Origin: an uncultured Desulfobacca sp.
GTDB taxonomy: Bacteria; Desulfobacterota; Desulfobaccia; Desulfobaccales; Desulfobaccaceae
Length of the DNA stretch: 45,426 bases
Direction of reading: 5' to 3'
Assembly: GCA_964487625.1 (NCBI GenBank)
Contig: CAZARS010000002.1
Coordinates: 16,257-61,682, forward strand
The position numbers were made by a program, and so were the translations under genes. Positions 26,673-36,966 of the stretch are shown here, piece by piece; the first letter of the stretch is position 1, and every line of letters starts with the position of its first letter. The notes under the pieces were generated by a model that was given only the letters and a program-made list of their open reading frames with translations, made no database searches and was not told the origin of the DNA.

Positions 26673-26885
26673 CACTACTGTCCGGCCACGTTTCTGCTTA
26701 CGGTTTATGGCGCCTTCATATAAATGCGTCTCATTTTGTCATGCTGAGGGAGCATTGCGACCGAAGAATCTCAGATCCTCGCTGCGCTCAGGATGACAAG
26801 GGAGAAGAAGCCACTGGTAGAAGGCTTTTTTGGGCTTGCCGCGTCCTTTTTTCAAGGTCTGCCAGAAGCCTGCCGGACACTCATG
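26673..26885. mobile_element. MITE-like element, copy 1 (213 bp)
   Basis: Ends CACTACTGTCCGGC...GCCGGACACTCATG form an imperfect TIR. Flanks GCTATAAAT / GTTCTAAAT match at 7 of 9 positions. Internal palindrome at 26737-26798; no transposase. Confidence 0.75.
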
Positions 26886-26888
26886 GTT

Positions 26889-28730
26889 CTAAATCTGGTA
26901 TTGTTGGACCATCTGTTTTAGGTTGTGGCCCAAAGTATTAAGGTTCAAGATGGCTGTCTCTACCTGGCGGACGCCCTGGACATTCTGATCTGTGGCTTGT
27001 TTGATACTTTCCATGGCTTGGGCGACCTGGTCCATACCCACCAATTGTTCGTTGGTGGCGGCGACGATCTGCAAGGAAGCCTGGGCCGAATTGGTGACGG
27101 AATCGGCCAGGGATTGGATGGAACCGCCGGCTTCGGAGGACTGCTGGACCCCCATTTCCACCACCTTACCGCCTTGTTCCGTGGCCATCACCGCGGAGCT
27201 GATGGCCTTTTGGATATCATTGAGGATGGCCCGCACCTGAGCGGTGGCCTGCTTGGACTGTTCCGCCAGATTCCTCACTTCCTGTGCCACGACGGCAAAG
27301 CCTTTGCCTTGCTCCCCAGCCTTGGCGGCTTCGATGGAGGCATTAACCGCCAGGAGATTGGACTGATCCGCCATATCATTAACCGCAGCAATGATATGGC
27401 CGATGGCTTGACTCTGTTCGCTGAGTTTAACGATGCTCTCGGCAATGGAATCCATCTGCTGACGGATACGGCTCATCCCAGCGATGGTGGCCTCCACCGC
27501 TTTTTTGCCATCTGTGGAGACCTGGGCCGTCATCTGGGAACTCTCCGAGACCTCCCGGGCTTTCTGACTGGTAAGATGAATGGTCTGGCGCAGCTCTTCG
27601 ACGGTGGCCGTAGTTTGTGTAACCGCGGTGGCGGTTTCGGTGGCACTGGTGGCGATCTGGGAGGCGGTGGCGGTGATCTCGCTGACCGCGGCAGCCAAGG
27701 CGCTGACCCCTTCAGTTACTTCTTTGAGGTGCTGCCGCATATTCGTGACCATCCGTTGCATGGACTGCCCTAAGATATCCTTGGCTGACCGGGGGGTAAT
27801 GGACACGGCCAGATTCCCTTGGGATATCTGGTGGGCCAACTCGGCCATCTCCCGCTGGTAATGGATAGCCCGCACAAAGGCCTGGGCCAACAAGTCCTTA
27901 TCGGAGCGCGGAGTAACCTCGCTGCTCACATCGCCTATGGACAGCTGATCGGCCACCGTTGCCATTTCCCGCTGATACTCAATCAGTTTGGCAAAGGTTC
28001 TTTCCAGGGTGCCGATCTCATCGGCCCGTTCGTGGACCTGAAAGGTGAAATTGAGGTCGCCAGTGGCCATGGCTGCAGAAGTTTGCGCCATGGCCTGGAT
28101 GGGTTTCACGATGTTCCGAGAGATAAACCAGCCCACGAGGCCCAGCAGGAGGCTCATGGCCGGAATACCCACAATGATTAGGCCATTGGTCCAGGCCACT
28201 TGTTGATGGGCCTGTTTATCGAATAACTCCAATTTGCGGAGCTCCTGTTCTTCAAAGGTATCGTGGAGCTTCTCAATCTCTTCCAAGAGCTTCTGGGTGG
28301 ACCCTTGCAGAATGGCCCCGCCCATGGTTTCCCAACCTTCCCGGAGCCGGAGTTGAAAGAAGCCTTGCATTTCACGGCTGATATCACTCCAACGGGCTTC
28401 CACGGCAGTCAGCAGCTCCTGCAGCTGGCGTTGCTCATGGTGCTGACGCAATTGTTTAATCTTTTCCTGCAGCCTTAAACTGACTTTATGAAACTCCTGT
28501 AAGGAGGCCTCCGACCCGGTGAGGATATAGGCCCGGCCAATGCTTACCAATTGAAAGATTTCGGCCTGGATATCATGCAAATGGCCCAGGAGATCATGGG
28601 TTGTCTGGACCTTTTCCAGAGCCTGTAACTGCCTGTCATTGGCCAGATACGTGATGGTGCCGCCGATGAAGAAGAGGACAATAGCCAGGGCAAAGGCCAG
28701 ACCGATTTTCTTGCCGATGGTAAACTGCAT
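26889..28730 (-). CDS. Methyl-accepting chemotaxis protein (CHASE3-like sensor, poly-HAMP)
   Basis: Two TM helices, HAMP repeats (ERADEIG, PRSDKD, PRSAKD) and tip [31 protein letters not shown]. Confidence 0.95.
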   Translation of the reverse strand: MQFTIGKKIGLAFALAIVLFFIGGTITYLANDRQLQALEKVQTTHDLLGHLHDIQAEIFQLVSIGRAYILTGSEASLQEFHKVSLRLQEKIKQLRQHHEQRQLQELLTAVEARWSDISREMQGFFQLRLREGWETMGGAILQGSTQKLLEEIEKLHDTFEEQELRKLELFDKQAHQQVAWTNGLIIVGIPAMSLLLGLVGWFISRNIVKPIQAMAQTSAAMATGDLNFTFQVHERADEIGTLERTFAKLIEYQREMATVADQLSIGDVSSEVTPRSDKDLLAQAFVRAIHYQREMAELAHQISQGNLAVSITPRSAKDILGQSMQRMVTNMRQHLKEVTEGVSALAAAVSEITATASQIATSATETATAVTQTTATVEELRQTIHLTSQKAREVSESSQMTAQVSTDGKKAVEATIAGMSRIRQQMDSIAESIVKLSEQSQAIGHIIAAVNDMADQSNLLAVNASIEAAKAGEQGKGFAVVAQEVRNLAEQSKQATAQVRAILNDIQKAISSAVMATEQGGKVVEMGVQQSSEAGGSIQSLADSVTNSAQASLQIVAATNEQLVGMDQVAQAMESIKQATDQNVQGVRQVETAILNLNTLGHNLKQMVQQYQI

Positions 28731-28773
28731 ATGGGTTCCACCTCCCGTAGGATCCTGCTGCGCTGCCTTGCTG

Positions 28774-30492
28774 TTAGATGCGGTAATGTTGCACCATTTC
28801 CTTGAGGTTTTGGCCTAAGTTATTTAATTCATGAATCGCCGTCTCCACCTGGCGGATGCCCAAGACGTTCTGGTCGCTGGCTTGTTTAATGCTCTCCATG
28901 GCTTGGGCCACTTGATCCATGCCAATGAGCTGTTCGTTGGTCGCTGCGACGATCTGCAAGGAGGCTTGGGCCGAAGAAGAGACTGCGTCGGCGAGCTGGC
29001 GGATGGAGCTGCCGGCCTCGGAAGATTGATTCACCCCTTCTTCCACCACTTTCCCGCCCTGCTCCGTGGCCATGACGGCAGTAGTGATGGCTTTCTGAAT
29101 ATCATTGAGAATGAGGCGCACCTGGGCCGTGGCCTGCTTGGATTGCTCGGCCAGATTGCGGACTTCTTGGGCCACCACGGCAAATCCTTTGCCTTGCTCG
29201 CCGGCCTTGGCCGCTTCGATGGAGGCATTGACGGCCAGGAGGTTCGATTGGTCGGCCATGTCATTGACCGCGTTAATGATGGCGCCGATGGCCTGATTCT
29301 GTTCGCTCAATTTGACGATACTTTCGGCAATGGAATCCATCTGCTGGCGGATACGGTTCATCCCGGCAATAGTCATCTCCACGGCCTTCTTGCCATCCAG
29401 GGAGACGCTGGCGGTCTGACCGGCATGTTCAGAGACCTCCCGAGCCTTCTGGCTGGAAAGATGGATCGTTTGCCGCAACTCTTCCACCGTCGCAGTGGTT
29501 TCGCTCACCGCCGAGGCCGTCTGGGTGGCCCCTGAGGCAATCTGGTTGGCCGTGGCCATAATTTCGGTGGCGGCCGAGGTGAGGGCGCTGATGCCAGCGA
29601 TGATCTTCTCCAGGTGCTGCCGGGTGTTGGTGATCATGGTGGCCATGGCCTGTCCCAATTGATCCTTATCAGAGCGGGGGGCAAAGGCTACGCCCAGGTC
29701 CCCTTGGGCCAGTCTGCGGGCGATTTCCGCCATCTCTTTCTGATAGTTCACCATGCGATTGAAGTTATCGGCCAATTGCCCCACTTCATCCCGGCGCTGG
29801 AAGGAGTCAAACTGCAGGGAGACATCCCCTTCAGAGAGACGGGCCGCAGTCTTAGTCATTACCTCCAAGGGTTTGGCGATGTGGCGGGTGATCAGGAAGC
29901 CTGCCACACTGAGGAGGATCAGGGTGACGGGAATACCCCAGACTATGGTGTTGGTGGCCCAAGCGGCCTGGATGTTGACCAATTTTTCCCTCTCCTGCAG
30001 CAACTTTTTTTCCTCCGCCTCCATCTCGTCATGTAATTTAGTCACCTCATCGAGGCTGTGGCGAACTTGCGAGAGACGGAGCTGCGGCAGCATGGCCGCC
30101 AACCCCTGTTGTTGCCGACTATCGAGGAATGCTTCATACTCTTTGAGCTCATCATTCACTAAATTGGTGATGGCCGCTAATTTGTCGTGAATTATGGGAT
30201 TGTTGGTTAGACGTCGCACCTGGCTGATTTTCTGCATGAGCTCATTGCGGGTTTTCTTAAACGAGTCGCGATCATACGCCTCGCCGGTCAGGAGAAAATT
30301 CCGAACGTGCAGATTCATCTCATAGAAAGTAGCATGGACATCATGGAGTTCGGAGAGCAATTCATGGGTCTGCTCCACGGCCCCCATACAGCTAATTAAG
30401 TCTCGAATAGTGACATAAGAAATACTGCCGATAATAAGGAGCATCAAAGCAGCCAGGAGATACCCACCACCGATCTTAAAACCGACTTTCAT
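28774..30492 (-). CDS. Methyl-accepting chemotaxis protein (CHASE3-like sensor), paralog of the downstream MCP
   Basis: Two TM helices, VEQTHELL...RNFLLTG CHASE3-like segment, HAMP domains and the same signalling tip sequence. Confidence 0.95.
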   Translation of the reverse strand: MKVGFKIGGGYLLAALMLLIIGSISYVTIRDLISCMGAVEQTHELLSELHDVHATFYEMNLHVRNFLLTGEAYDRDSFKKTRNELMQKISQVRRLTNNPIIHDKLAAITNLVNDELKEYEAFLDSRQQQGLAAMLPQLRLSQVRHSLDEVTKLHDEMEAEEKKLLQEREKLVNIQAAWATNTIVWGIPVTLILLSVAGFLITRHIAKPLEVMTKTAARLSEGDVSLQFDSFQRRDEVGQLADNFNRMVNYQKEMAEIARRLAQGDLGVAFAPRSDKDQLGQAMATMITNTRQHLEKIIAGISALTSAATEIMATANQIASGATQTASAVSETTATVEELRQTIHLSSQKAREVSEHAGQTASVSLDGKKAVEMTIAGMNRIRQQMDSIAESIVKLSEQNQAIGAIINAVNDMADQSNLLAVNASIEAAKAGEQGKGFAVVAQEVRNLAEQSKQATAQVRLILNDIQKAITTAVMATEQGGKVVEEGVNQSSEAGSSIRQLADAVSSSAQASLQIVAATNEQLIGMDQVAQAMESIKQASDQNVLGIRQVETAIHELNNLGQNLKEMVQHYRI

Positions 30493-30537
30493 AGTGTTGT
30501 TTTCTCCCCTTGAGAAGCATAATTAATTATTTACTAT

Positions 30538-30751
30538 AAATACTGTCCAGCAACTTTGTTGCATAAGATTGATGGCGCCTTGGTATCTCTTGTATCCGTC
30601 TCATGTTGTCATGCCGAGGGAGCGTAGCGATTGAAAAATCTCAGATCCTTTGCTTCACTCAGGATGACAGGAGAAAAGACACCATTGGAAGGTTTTTGTG
30701 GCTTTTGGCGCCCTTTTTCAAGCTCTGCAAGAAGCCTGCCGGACACTCATG
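30538..30751. mobile_element. MITE-like element, copy 2 (214 bp), with a perfect 9-bp target duplication
   Basis: AAATACTGTCCAGCA...TGCCGGACACTCATG flanked by ATTTACTAT at 30529-30537 and 30752-30760; colinear with copy 1; internal palindrome at 30607-30669. Confidence 0.8.
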
Positions 30752-31078
30752 ATTTACTATTAAAAAAATGAGATCTTGCCAGGCTCCCTATCACTCTCAC
30801 TCATTGTTGCATTAAGGAGATTGCCTTGTCATCTTATGCCGCCATGGGGATGAAAAACCTATCCTGTCATGGCAAAAGAGATCCTTGGCTTCCTTCAGTT
30901 TTAATCTTCCTACCCTGGTAAACGGCATTGATCATAACTTCCCCCCGCAAGGGCGGAGAGAGGGAAATAATAATGAACAGTAACAGTCAGTTAAACACAA
31001 CTCGGCATCAGACACCTAAATCTCTGCCGCATGGTTGGGAGAGATGTTTACCGGAAGATCCTTTGGGCCACTGTGGCT

Positions 31079-31729
31079 TTAGGGAAATTCCTCATCCACT
31101 ATTAGACGTTTATCAGTCAAAAGTTTCTCCCCGTCGAGAATGGCCAAGCGATCCGGGGTGATCCCTTTGATGAATTCTCCGGCCAAGCCCGTCAAAGTCG
31201 GCAAACCTTCCTGGAGGGTCGCCAGTGGGATGGTGCGGATTCCCACGATGGCATCGGCCAGAATGGCAAACTCCCGGGTGGCATTCTTTAAAATGATGAC
31301 CCGATTGGCCGTTTTTAGACCCTTCTCGGGCAGGCCGAAAAGAGTGCTCAGATCAGTGATGGACAATATCTGCCCCCGTACATTCATTAACCCCAGGATA
31401 AAGTCAGGGGTGCCGGGTAAGGGGGTGAAGTCTTTTAATGGATAGACTTCCCGGACCAGGGTTGAGGCAACCCCATAATGTTCATGGCCCAGGACGAATT
31501 CCACGACATCAATGACCTCACCGCTTGGCGCTGGAGGAGGCTCCTGGGCCAGGAGGCGGGCCCGCTCCTGGAGAATGCGCTTGGCCTCGGCATCATCCCC
31601 AGCCGATCCTGGCAGCCGGGCGCTTCTGGCTGAGACTGGGGGCAAGGCATCACCCCCTGGCCCCTGCCACGCCGGCGTTATCTCAGGCAGTGCTGTGTCC
31701 ATCTTTTTTACCCTATCCATAACGTCCAT
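31079..31729 (-). CDS. cheW: CheW-like coupling protein (WspD-like)
   Basis: ILQERARLLA N-terminal extension, VREV, TPLPGTPDFILGLMNVRGQILSITDL. Confidence 0.92.
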   Translation of the reverse strand: MDVMDRVKKMDTALPEITPAWQGPGGDALPPVSARSARLPGSAGDDAEAKRILQERARLLAQEPPPAPSGEVIDVVEFVLGHEHYGVASTLVREVYPLKDFTPLPGTPDFILGLMNVRGQILSITDLSTLFGLPEKGLKTANRVIILKNATREFAILADAIVGIRTIPLATLQEGLPTLTGLAGEFIKGITPDRLAILDGEKLLTDKRLIVDEEFP

Positions 31730-31744
31730 ATCGAAGGTCTCTCG

Positions 31745-33361
31745 TTAAACAAAGTTTTCTCGTCTAGACTGCGACGGCTGCCTTTTCTGGCCATCAGGGC
31801 CGCTCAGGCGCTCTTTAATTCCCTGGATCACCTGGCGCAGGGCCCCGATGGTCAAACCTTCGGCCGCCGGAATGGTATCATCAGCTGTGTATCCCTCCAT
31901 GACCGAGAGGGCATTGGTAAAATGGCGCAACGCCTCCTGGGGCCGATTGTCTTCCAGGGCAAGGCGACCGAGAAGGAAATGGGCTAAGACAAAATCAGGT
32001 TGGAGATAAAGGGCCTGCCGGAGCAGGCGCTCAGCCTCGTCATTGCGTTGCAATTCCAGGAGAATGGAGGCCTGGAGATAGTAATAATGGGGATTGAGGC
32101 TATCCTGGCGGATGGCCTTGGCCGCCCAGGTCTGGGCCTCCTCTAATTGCCCCAAGTTGGCGTAATACCTAGCCAAATCAGCCAGAGCGGCGGCGTCTGG
32201 GCTTTCGCCCGTCCATGTTTCCTCGAGACACTCGGTAACTCGAGCTTGGCCAGTAGGGGAGCCTGGCCCCGGCTCTGGGACCGGTGCCTGGCCGCGGCCT
32301 CCGGCATTCTGCACGTGAGCCGGGCTGCCCAGGGAAGGGCTGGCTTGGCCGACTGCCGACCGGTGTTGCCTTGGATCAGGCTGTTTCCAAGTCTGAGAGG
32401 GGGTGGTCGGGCAAGGGACAAAGGGATGGCGATAGGAGTCGCCTAACCCTGAGACTGCCCCCCTCTGGACACCATCTGGCTTAGACTGAAAAGGCGCAGC
32501 AGGCTCGGCCAGCCCTCTTTTCTGAAAAGGTATGGCGTTAGCTTGGGGGCAGGCCTGTAAACAGCTCTCTTGCACCAAACTGCATTCGGCTGGGCTTACC
32601 AACAGCCAGCCGCCGTCGCGCAGGGCCGCCGCAAACTTCGCCACAATGGCCGCAGCCACTTTGGGGGTCAGATACATCAAGACATTGCGGCAGAAGATGA
32701 TATCCATCTCGGAGGTCTGGTTGTTGGCAGCCGGAAAAGGATCACTGGCCAGATTCAGTTTGGCAAAGGTAACCATCTCCTTAATTACTGGCTTGATCTC
32801 CCATCGCTTGTCGGGCAACGGTGTGAAGTAAGTACTTAAAATCTCAGGAGACATGCCCCGGAAAGACCAGGCTGAATAAATCCCCTGCCGGGCTTTGGCC
32901 AGGGCCTGAGGATTGATATCAGTGGCCAGCACCAGGATCTGCCAATTCTGCCAATCTGGAATGGTCTGGTGCAGGAGGATGGCCAGAGAATATGCTTCTT
33001 CACCGCTGGCACAACCAGCGCTCCACAACCGCAGGCGACGTTCTGTCGCCCGGCGCGCGGCCACGAGTGGGGGCAGAATATGATTGGCGAGAACGGCAAA
33101 GGTACCCTTTTCCCGGAAAAAATACGTCTCGCCGATGGTCAGTTGGCTGGCCAGGACCCCCAAGATGGCCGGGCTCACCGGCTGAGACAGGAGATACTGG
33201 ACCAACTCGGTGACCTCGGCAAAACCCAACTCCTGGGCGGCGCTGTGCAGTCCCCGGGCCAGATCCCGCCAGCGGTTGGCCGGAAAGGCTAAACCCAGAT
33301 GCTGTTCCAGAAATGGGGCCAAAGCCTCCATAAGTTCTGCCGGGAGAGGGAGCACGTTCAT
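31745..33361 (-). CDS. cheR: CheR methyltransferase with C-terminal TPR repeats (WspC-like)
   Basis: TIGETYFFRE, WSAGCASGEEAYS, ATDIN and DIIFCRNVLMY; Pro/Gly-rich linker; TPR-like helices. Confidence 0.93.
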   Translation of the reverse strand: MNVLPLPAELMEALAPFLEQHLGLAFPANRWRDLARGLHSAAQELGFAEVTELVQYLLSQPVSPAILGVLASQLTIGETYFFREKGTFAVLANHILPPLVAARRATERRLRLWSAGCASGEEAYSLAILLHQTIPDWQNWQILVLATDINPQALAKARQGIYSAWSFRGMSPEILSTYFTPLPDKRWEIKPVIKEMVTFAKLNLASDPFPAANNQTSEMDIIFCRNVLMYLTPKVAAAIVAKFAAALRDGGWLLVSPAECSLVQESCLQACPQANAIPFQKRGLAEPAAPFQSKPDGVQRGAVSGLGDSYRHPFVPCPTTPSQTWKQPDPRQHRSAVGQASPSLGSPAHVQNAGGRGQAPVPEPGPGSPTGQARVTECLEETWTGESPDAAALADLARYYANLGQLEEAQTWAAKAIRQDSLNPHYYYLQASILLELQRNDEAERLLRQALYLQPDFVLAHFLLGRLALEDNRPQEALRHFTNALSVMEGYTADDTIPAAEGLTIGALRQVIQGIKERLSGPDGQKRQPSQSRRENFV

Positions 33362-33810
33362 AGCTGGCTGCTCATTTCAGGAACGGGGAAGGAGGGTATC
33401 GCCTCCTGGGACAAATCATGGATAAGAATGATGTCGTGATCCATCTTCATGGCCCCCCTGATATGGCTCAATCCCGGAAAAATCCGACTGGCCGGGATAA
33501 TTTCGTCTTCCGACCGGCTGACGATCCACAGAACTTCGTTGACCAGTAAAGCCAGCGGTCCGGTGGGATGCTCTACCAGGATCATATAATCAGAGGGTTT
33601 GATCTCGGTTTCGGGAAAATGCAAGAAGCGCCGCAGATCCACTACGGGAGTGATCTGCCCAGCCACGTTGATGACTCCCAAAATGCCCTCGGGTGCGTCC
33701 GGCACCGGCGTTACCGCCACGGCCCGGACCACCCGCTGCACCTGCGACAGAGACAGGGCAAACCGACTACCATTCAGGCCGAAGACGAGGAATTGCTCAT
33801 CCGTCTGCAT
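33358..33810 (-). CDS. cheW: CheW-like coupling protein (WspB-like)
   Basis: TPVPDAPEGILGVINVAGQITPVVDLR; first gene of the cluster; GAGG RBS. Confidence 0.9.
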   Translation of the reverse strand: MQTDEQFLVFGLNGSRFALSLSQVQRVVRAVAVTPVPDAPEGILGVINVAGQITPVVDLRRFLHFPETEIKPSDYMILVEHPTGPLALLVNEVLWIVSRSEDEIIPASRIFPGLSHIRGAMKMDHDIILIHDLSQEAIPSFPVPEMSSQL

Positions 33811-33848
33811 GTTTTCCTCAAGAGTAATCTTGCAAAGATGTTACTTAA

Positions 33849-33876
33849 CTTTCGGCATAAGGTGTAATTTACTTAA
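33849..33876 (-). promoter_or_regulatory. Putative sigma28 (FliA)-type promoter of the chemosensory operon
   Basis: Minus strand TAAG-15 nt-GCCGAAAG versus consensus TAAA-N15-GCCGATAA, about 40 nt upstream of cheW. Confidence 0.5.
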
Positions 33877-34066
33877 ATCTCCTGCAGGCAAGATTGACTC
33901 AAGCGTGCAGCCAGGTCATGCCCTGCCAGACTATTATTCCCTTGAATAAACAGGCAGCATTATGATAGAAATCAACATGATAATTTTCCGCTCGCTCAGG
34001 GCCGCCTCGGCTGGCAGTACATCGCCCAGGCCGCTGGCTGCCTAACTGCTAAACCCCTAAACCCTG

Positions 34067-35866
34067 ATGCCCATGATTACTCATCGCACGCTTTATCTCC
34101 GTCTCTGGCGGCTCATCCAACCTTTCTGGCGGCGCATCATCATTGCCATGCTGGCCATGTTGGGCGTCTCCGGTATCACGGCCCTCATTGCCTTTCTGAT
34201 TAAACCGGCCCTGGATGATATCTTTTTCGCCAAGCGGCTGGAAATGTTGTATATTTTGCCACCGTTAGTGGTATTGCTCTATTTTCTTAAAGGGTTCTTT
34301 TTTTATACCCATGAATACATGATGAATTATGTGGGGGGGGTGATCATCACCCAACTCCGGGATGCCCTGTATCGTCAATACATGGCCTTGCCGCAGCTTT
34401 TTTTCGATCGGACGGCCACGGGTCTACTCATTTCCCGGGTGACCTATGATGTCAACATCTTGCAGAGCTCGGTTTCCACGGTCATCACCAATCTCTTGAA
34501 GGATATCTTTACGATTATCGGCTTGGTGGGGGTGATCTTTTATCGGGAATGGCGGCTGGCCCTCATCGCCATGGTGGTCTTTCCCATCGCGGTGCTGCCC
34601 ATCATCAAATTCGGCAAACGCCTCCGGCGCATTTCCACCCATAGCCAGGTGTCCATGAGCCGCCTTAACAGCCACCTGCAGGAAACCCTGGTGGGCCATA
34701 AGATCGTGAAGGCCTTCGGCCGGGAGGATTATGAAATCCAGCGGTTCCACAAAGAGAATCTGGAATTTTTCCGGCTGCGGATGAAAAATGTGTCGGTGCG
34801 GGCGTTATCACCGCCGGTTATGGAGCTGCTGGGAGGGTGTGGCATTGCAGCCATCATGTTTTACGGCGGTTATCAGGTCATTCAAGGGACTTCCACCCCG
34901 GGGACATTTTTTTCTTTCTTGGCAGCCCTGCTAATGCTCTATCAACCCATTAAGAGTTTAAGTAATATCAATAATTCGGTGCAGGAAGGGATGGCCGCAG
35001 CCCAGCGGGTGTACGAGATCTTGGACCTGCCGGTGGAGATCGCCGATGCCCCTCAGGCCAAAGAGCTGCCCACCATCAGCCGGGAGATTGAATTCCGGCA
35101 CGTCAATTTTGCTTATGAAGACCGGCTGGTGCTCCACGATATCAATCTGGTGGTGCGCAAGGGGGAAGTAGTAGCCCTGGTGGGCCCCAGCGGTGCCGGC
35201 AAGACCACCCTGGTGAACCTGCTCCCCCGGTTTTATGAAGTAACCCAAGGAGCTATCTATATTGATGGTTGGGATATCCGGGAAGTAACCCTGCAGTCCC
35301 TGCGCGGCCAGATCGGTGTGGTCACCCAACAGACATTTCTCTTTAATGATACGGTGCGCCGTAATATCAGTTATGGCCGCCCCGAGGCCAGTGAAGGCGA
35401 GATCATCCTGGCGGCCCAAGCTGCCTATGCCTGGGATTTCATCCAAAACCTGCCCCTGGGTCTGGATACCGTTATCGGCGAACAGGGGGTGATGCTTTCC
35501 GGAGGGGAGCGCCAACGCTTGGCCATTGCCCGGGCCATCTTAAAAGACCCGCCGATCCTCATCCTGGACGAAGCCACTTCTTCCTTGGATTCCAAAGCGG
35601 AACAGGAAGTCCAGAAGGCCATCGATAATCTCATCCAGGGACGGACCACCCTGATCATTGCCCATCGCCTTTCCACCATCCGCCATGCCGATCGCATCGT
35701 GGTGTTGGAGGCTGGCCGGATCGTGGAGGAGGGTAGGCATGAGGAACTCCTAGCGCGCCAAGGGGCCTATGCGCGCTTATATTATCTGCAGTTTGGCGCC
35801 GAGAACGACAACGGCGAGGTTGCCGCACCCCTTACCCCCTTGGCGCAGACCGCCGCAGTCTCATGA
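34067..35866 (+). CDS. msbA: Lipid A export ABC transporter MsbA
   Basis: Six-TM domain, GPSGAGKT, LSGGERQR and ILDEATS; directly upstream of lpxK. Confidence 0.92.
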   Translation: MPMITHRTLYLRLWRLIQPFWRRIIIAMLAMLGVSGITALIAFLIKPALDDIFFAKRLEMLYILPPLVVLLYFLKGFFFYTHEYMMNYVGGVIITQLRDALYRQYMALPQLFFDRTATGLLISRVTYDVNILQSSVSTVITNLLKDIFTIIGLVGVIFYREWRLALIAMVVFPIAVLPIIKFGKRLRRISTHSQVSMSRLNSHLQETLVGHKIVKAFGREDYEIQRFHKENLEFFRLRMKNVSVRALSPPVMELLGGCGIAAIMFYGGYQVIQGTSTPGTFFSFLAALLMLYQPIKSLSNINNSVQEGMAAAQRVYEILDLPVEIADAPQAKELPTISREIEFRHVNFAYEDRLVLHDINLVVRKGEVVALVGPSGAGKTTLVNLLPRFYEVTQGAIYIDGWDIREVTLQSLRGQIGVVTQQTFLFNDTVRRNISYGRPEASEGEIILAAQAAYAWDFIQNLPLGLDTVIGEQGVMLSGGERQRLAIARAILKDPPILILDEATSSLDSKAEQEVQKAIDNLIQGRTTLIIAHRLSTIRHADRIVVLEAGRIVEEGRHEELLARQGAYARLYYLQFGAENDNGEVAAPLTPLAQTAAVS

Positions 35867-36966
35867 TTCCCTGGTGGCAGCAGGCTTTTCGTGCACTGCA
35901 AGGGGAAGCCGGGCTACCGCCGGCTGGCCCTGGGCTGCGTGCCGTGGCGACCCTGGCGGCCAAAATTTATGGCTCCTTGAGCCGTTGGCGTCGACACCTC
36001 TATGATACCGGTCGTCTCCGCCGCCAACGTCTCCCCGTACCGGTCATCAGCATCGGTAATCTGGTAGTGGGCGGGACTGGCAAGACCCCTTTGACCGCTT
36101 TATTAGCTCGACACTACCAGGAGGCCGGCTGCCGGGTTGCGGTGATCAGCCGGGGCTATGGCAGTACGGCTAAGGGTGTGCGGATCATTAGTGATGGAGA
36201 ACATATCCGGTATCATCCTCCTCTGGCTGGTGACGAAGCCTATCTCTTAGCCCTGAAATTACCGGGAATTCCCATAATCACCGCAGTTGACCGCTACCAA
36301 GCCGGTTTTTTGGCTTGGGAAGCTTTTCAGCCTGATCTGCTGCTGCTTGACGATGGCTTCCAGCACTACCAGTTAGCTCGGAATCTGGACGTGGTCCTCC
36401 TGGACGCGGCCAAACCCTTCGGCAATGGGCAGTTGCTCCCGCGGGGACCGTTGCGGGAACCGGTGGATACCCTGCGACGAGCCCAGGTGCTTATCTTGAC
36501 GAGGTATTGCGAAGAGCTTCATCACCAGACCTGGCTGGAGATCAAAGCTGCTTTCCCCTCGGCTGTAGTGTTGCGGGCCCGGTTCCGCGTGGCTCGCGCC
36601 GTGGTTTACCCTGCCAAACAGGGCGTCGAGCTGGCTGCTCTGGCCTCCCAAAGGCTGGCGGCGGTGGCCGGGGTGGCCCGCCCTGCCACCTTTGCGGCCA
36701 ATCTCCAGGAAATGGGCCTGACCCTGCAGCGTGTTTTCCTCTTCCCGGACCACCATGATTATAAACCCCGGGATGTGGCCGAAGTCATCGCCGCCGCCCG
36801 CCGGGAGAGGGTCCAGGGCTTGGTCACGACCGAGAAGGATTGGGTACGGCTGGCCAGGGTTTGGAATGAGGCTTTACCCATCTATGTGGTGCCCCTGGAA
36901 GTTGAGCTCCTGGATCCTTGGCCGGCGCACCTCCTGCCGCTGGCCTGTTACGGGAGGGCTAAATGA
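35863..36966 (+). CDS. lpxK: Tetraacyldisaccharide 4'-kinase
   Basis: ISIGNLVVGGTGKTP, SRGYG, GDEA, LDDGFQH, LLPRGPLREP, FPDHH and TTEKD. Confidence 0.95.
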   Translation: MIPWWQQAFRALQGEAGLPPAGPGLRAVATLAAKIYGSLSRWRRHLYDTGRLRRQRLPVPVISIGNLVVGGTGKTPLTALLARHYQEAGCRVAVISRGYGSTAKGVRIISDGEHIRYHPPLAGDEAYLLALKLPGIPIITAVDRYQAGFLAWEAFQPDLLLLDDGFQHYQLARNLDVVLLDAAKPFGNGQLLPRGPLREPVDTLRRAQVLILTRYCEELHHQTWLEIKAAFPSAVVLRARFRVARAVVYPAKQGVELAALASQRLAAVAGVARPATFAANLQEMGLTLQRVFLFPDHHDYKPRDVAEVIAAARRERVQGLVTTEKDWVRLARVWNEALPIYVVPLEVELLDPWPAHLLPLACYGRAK

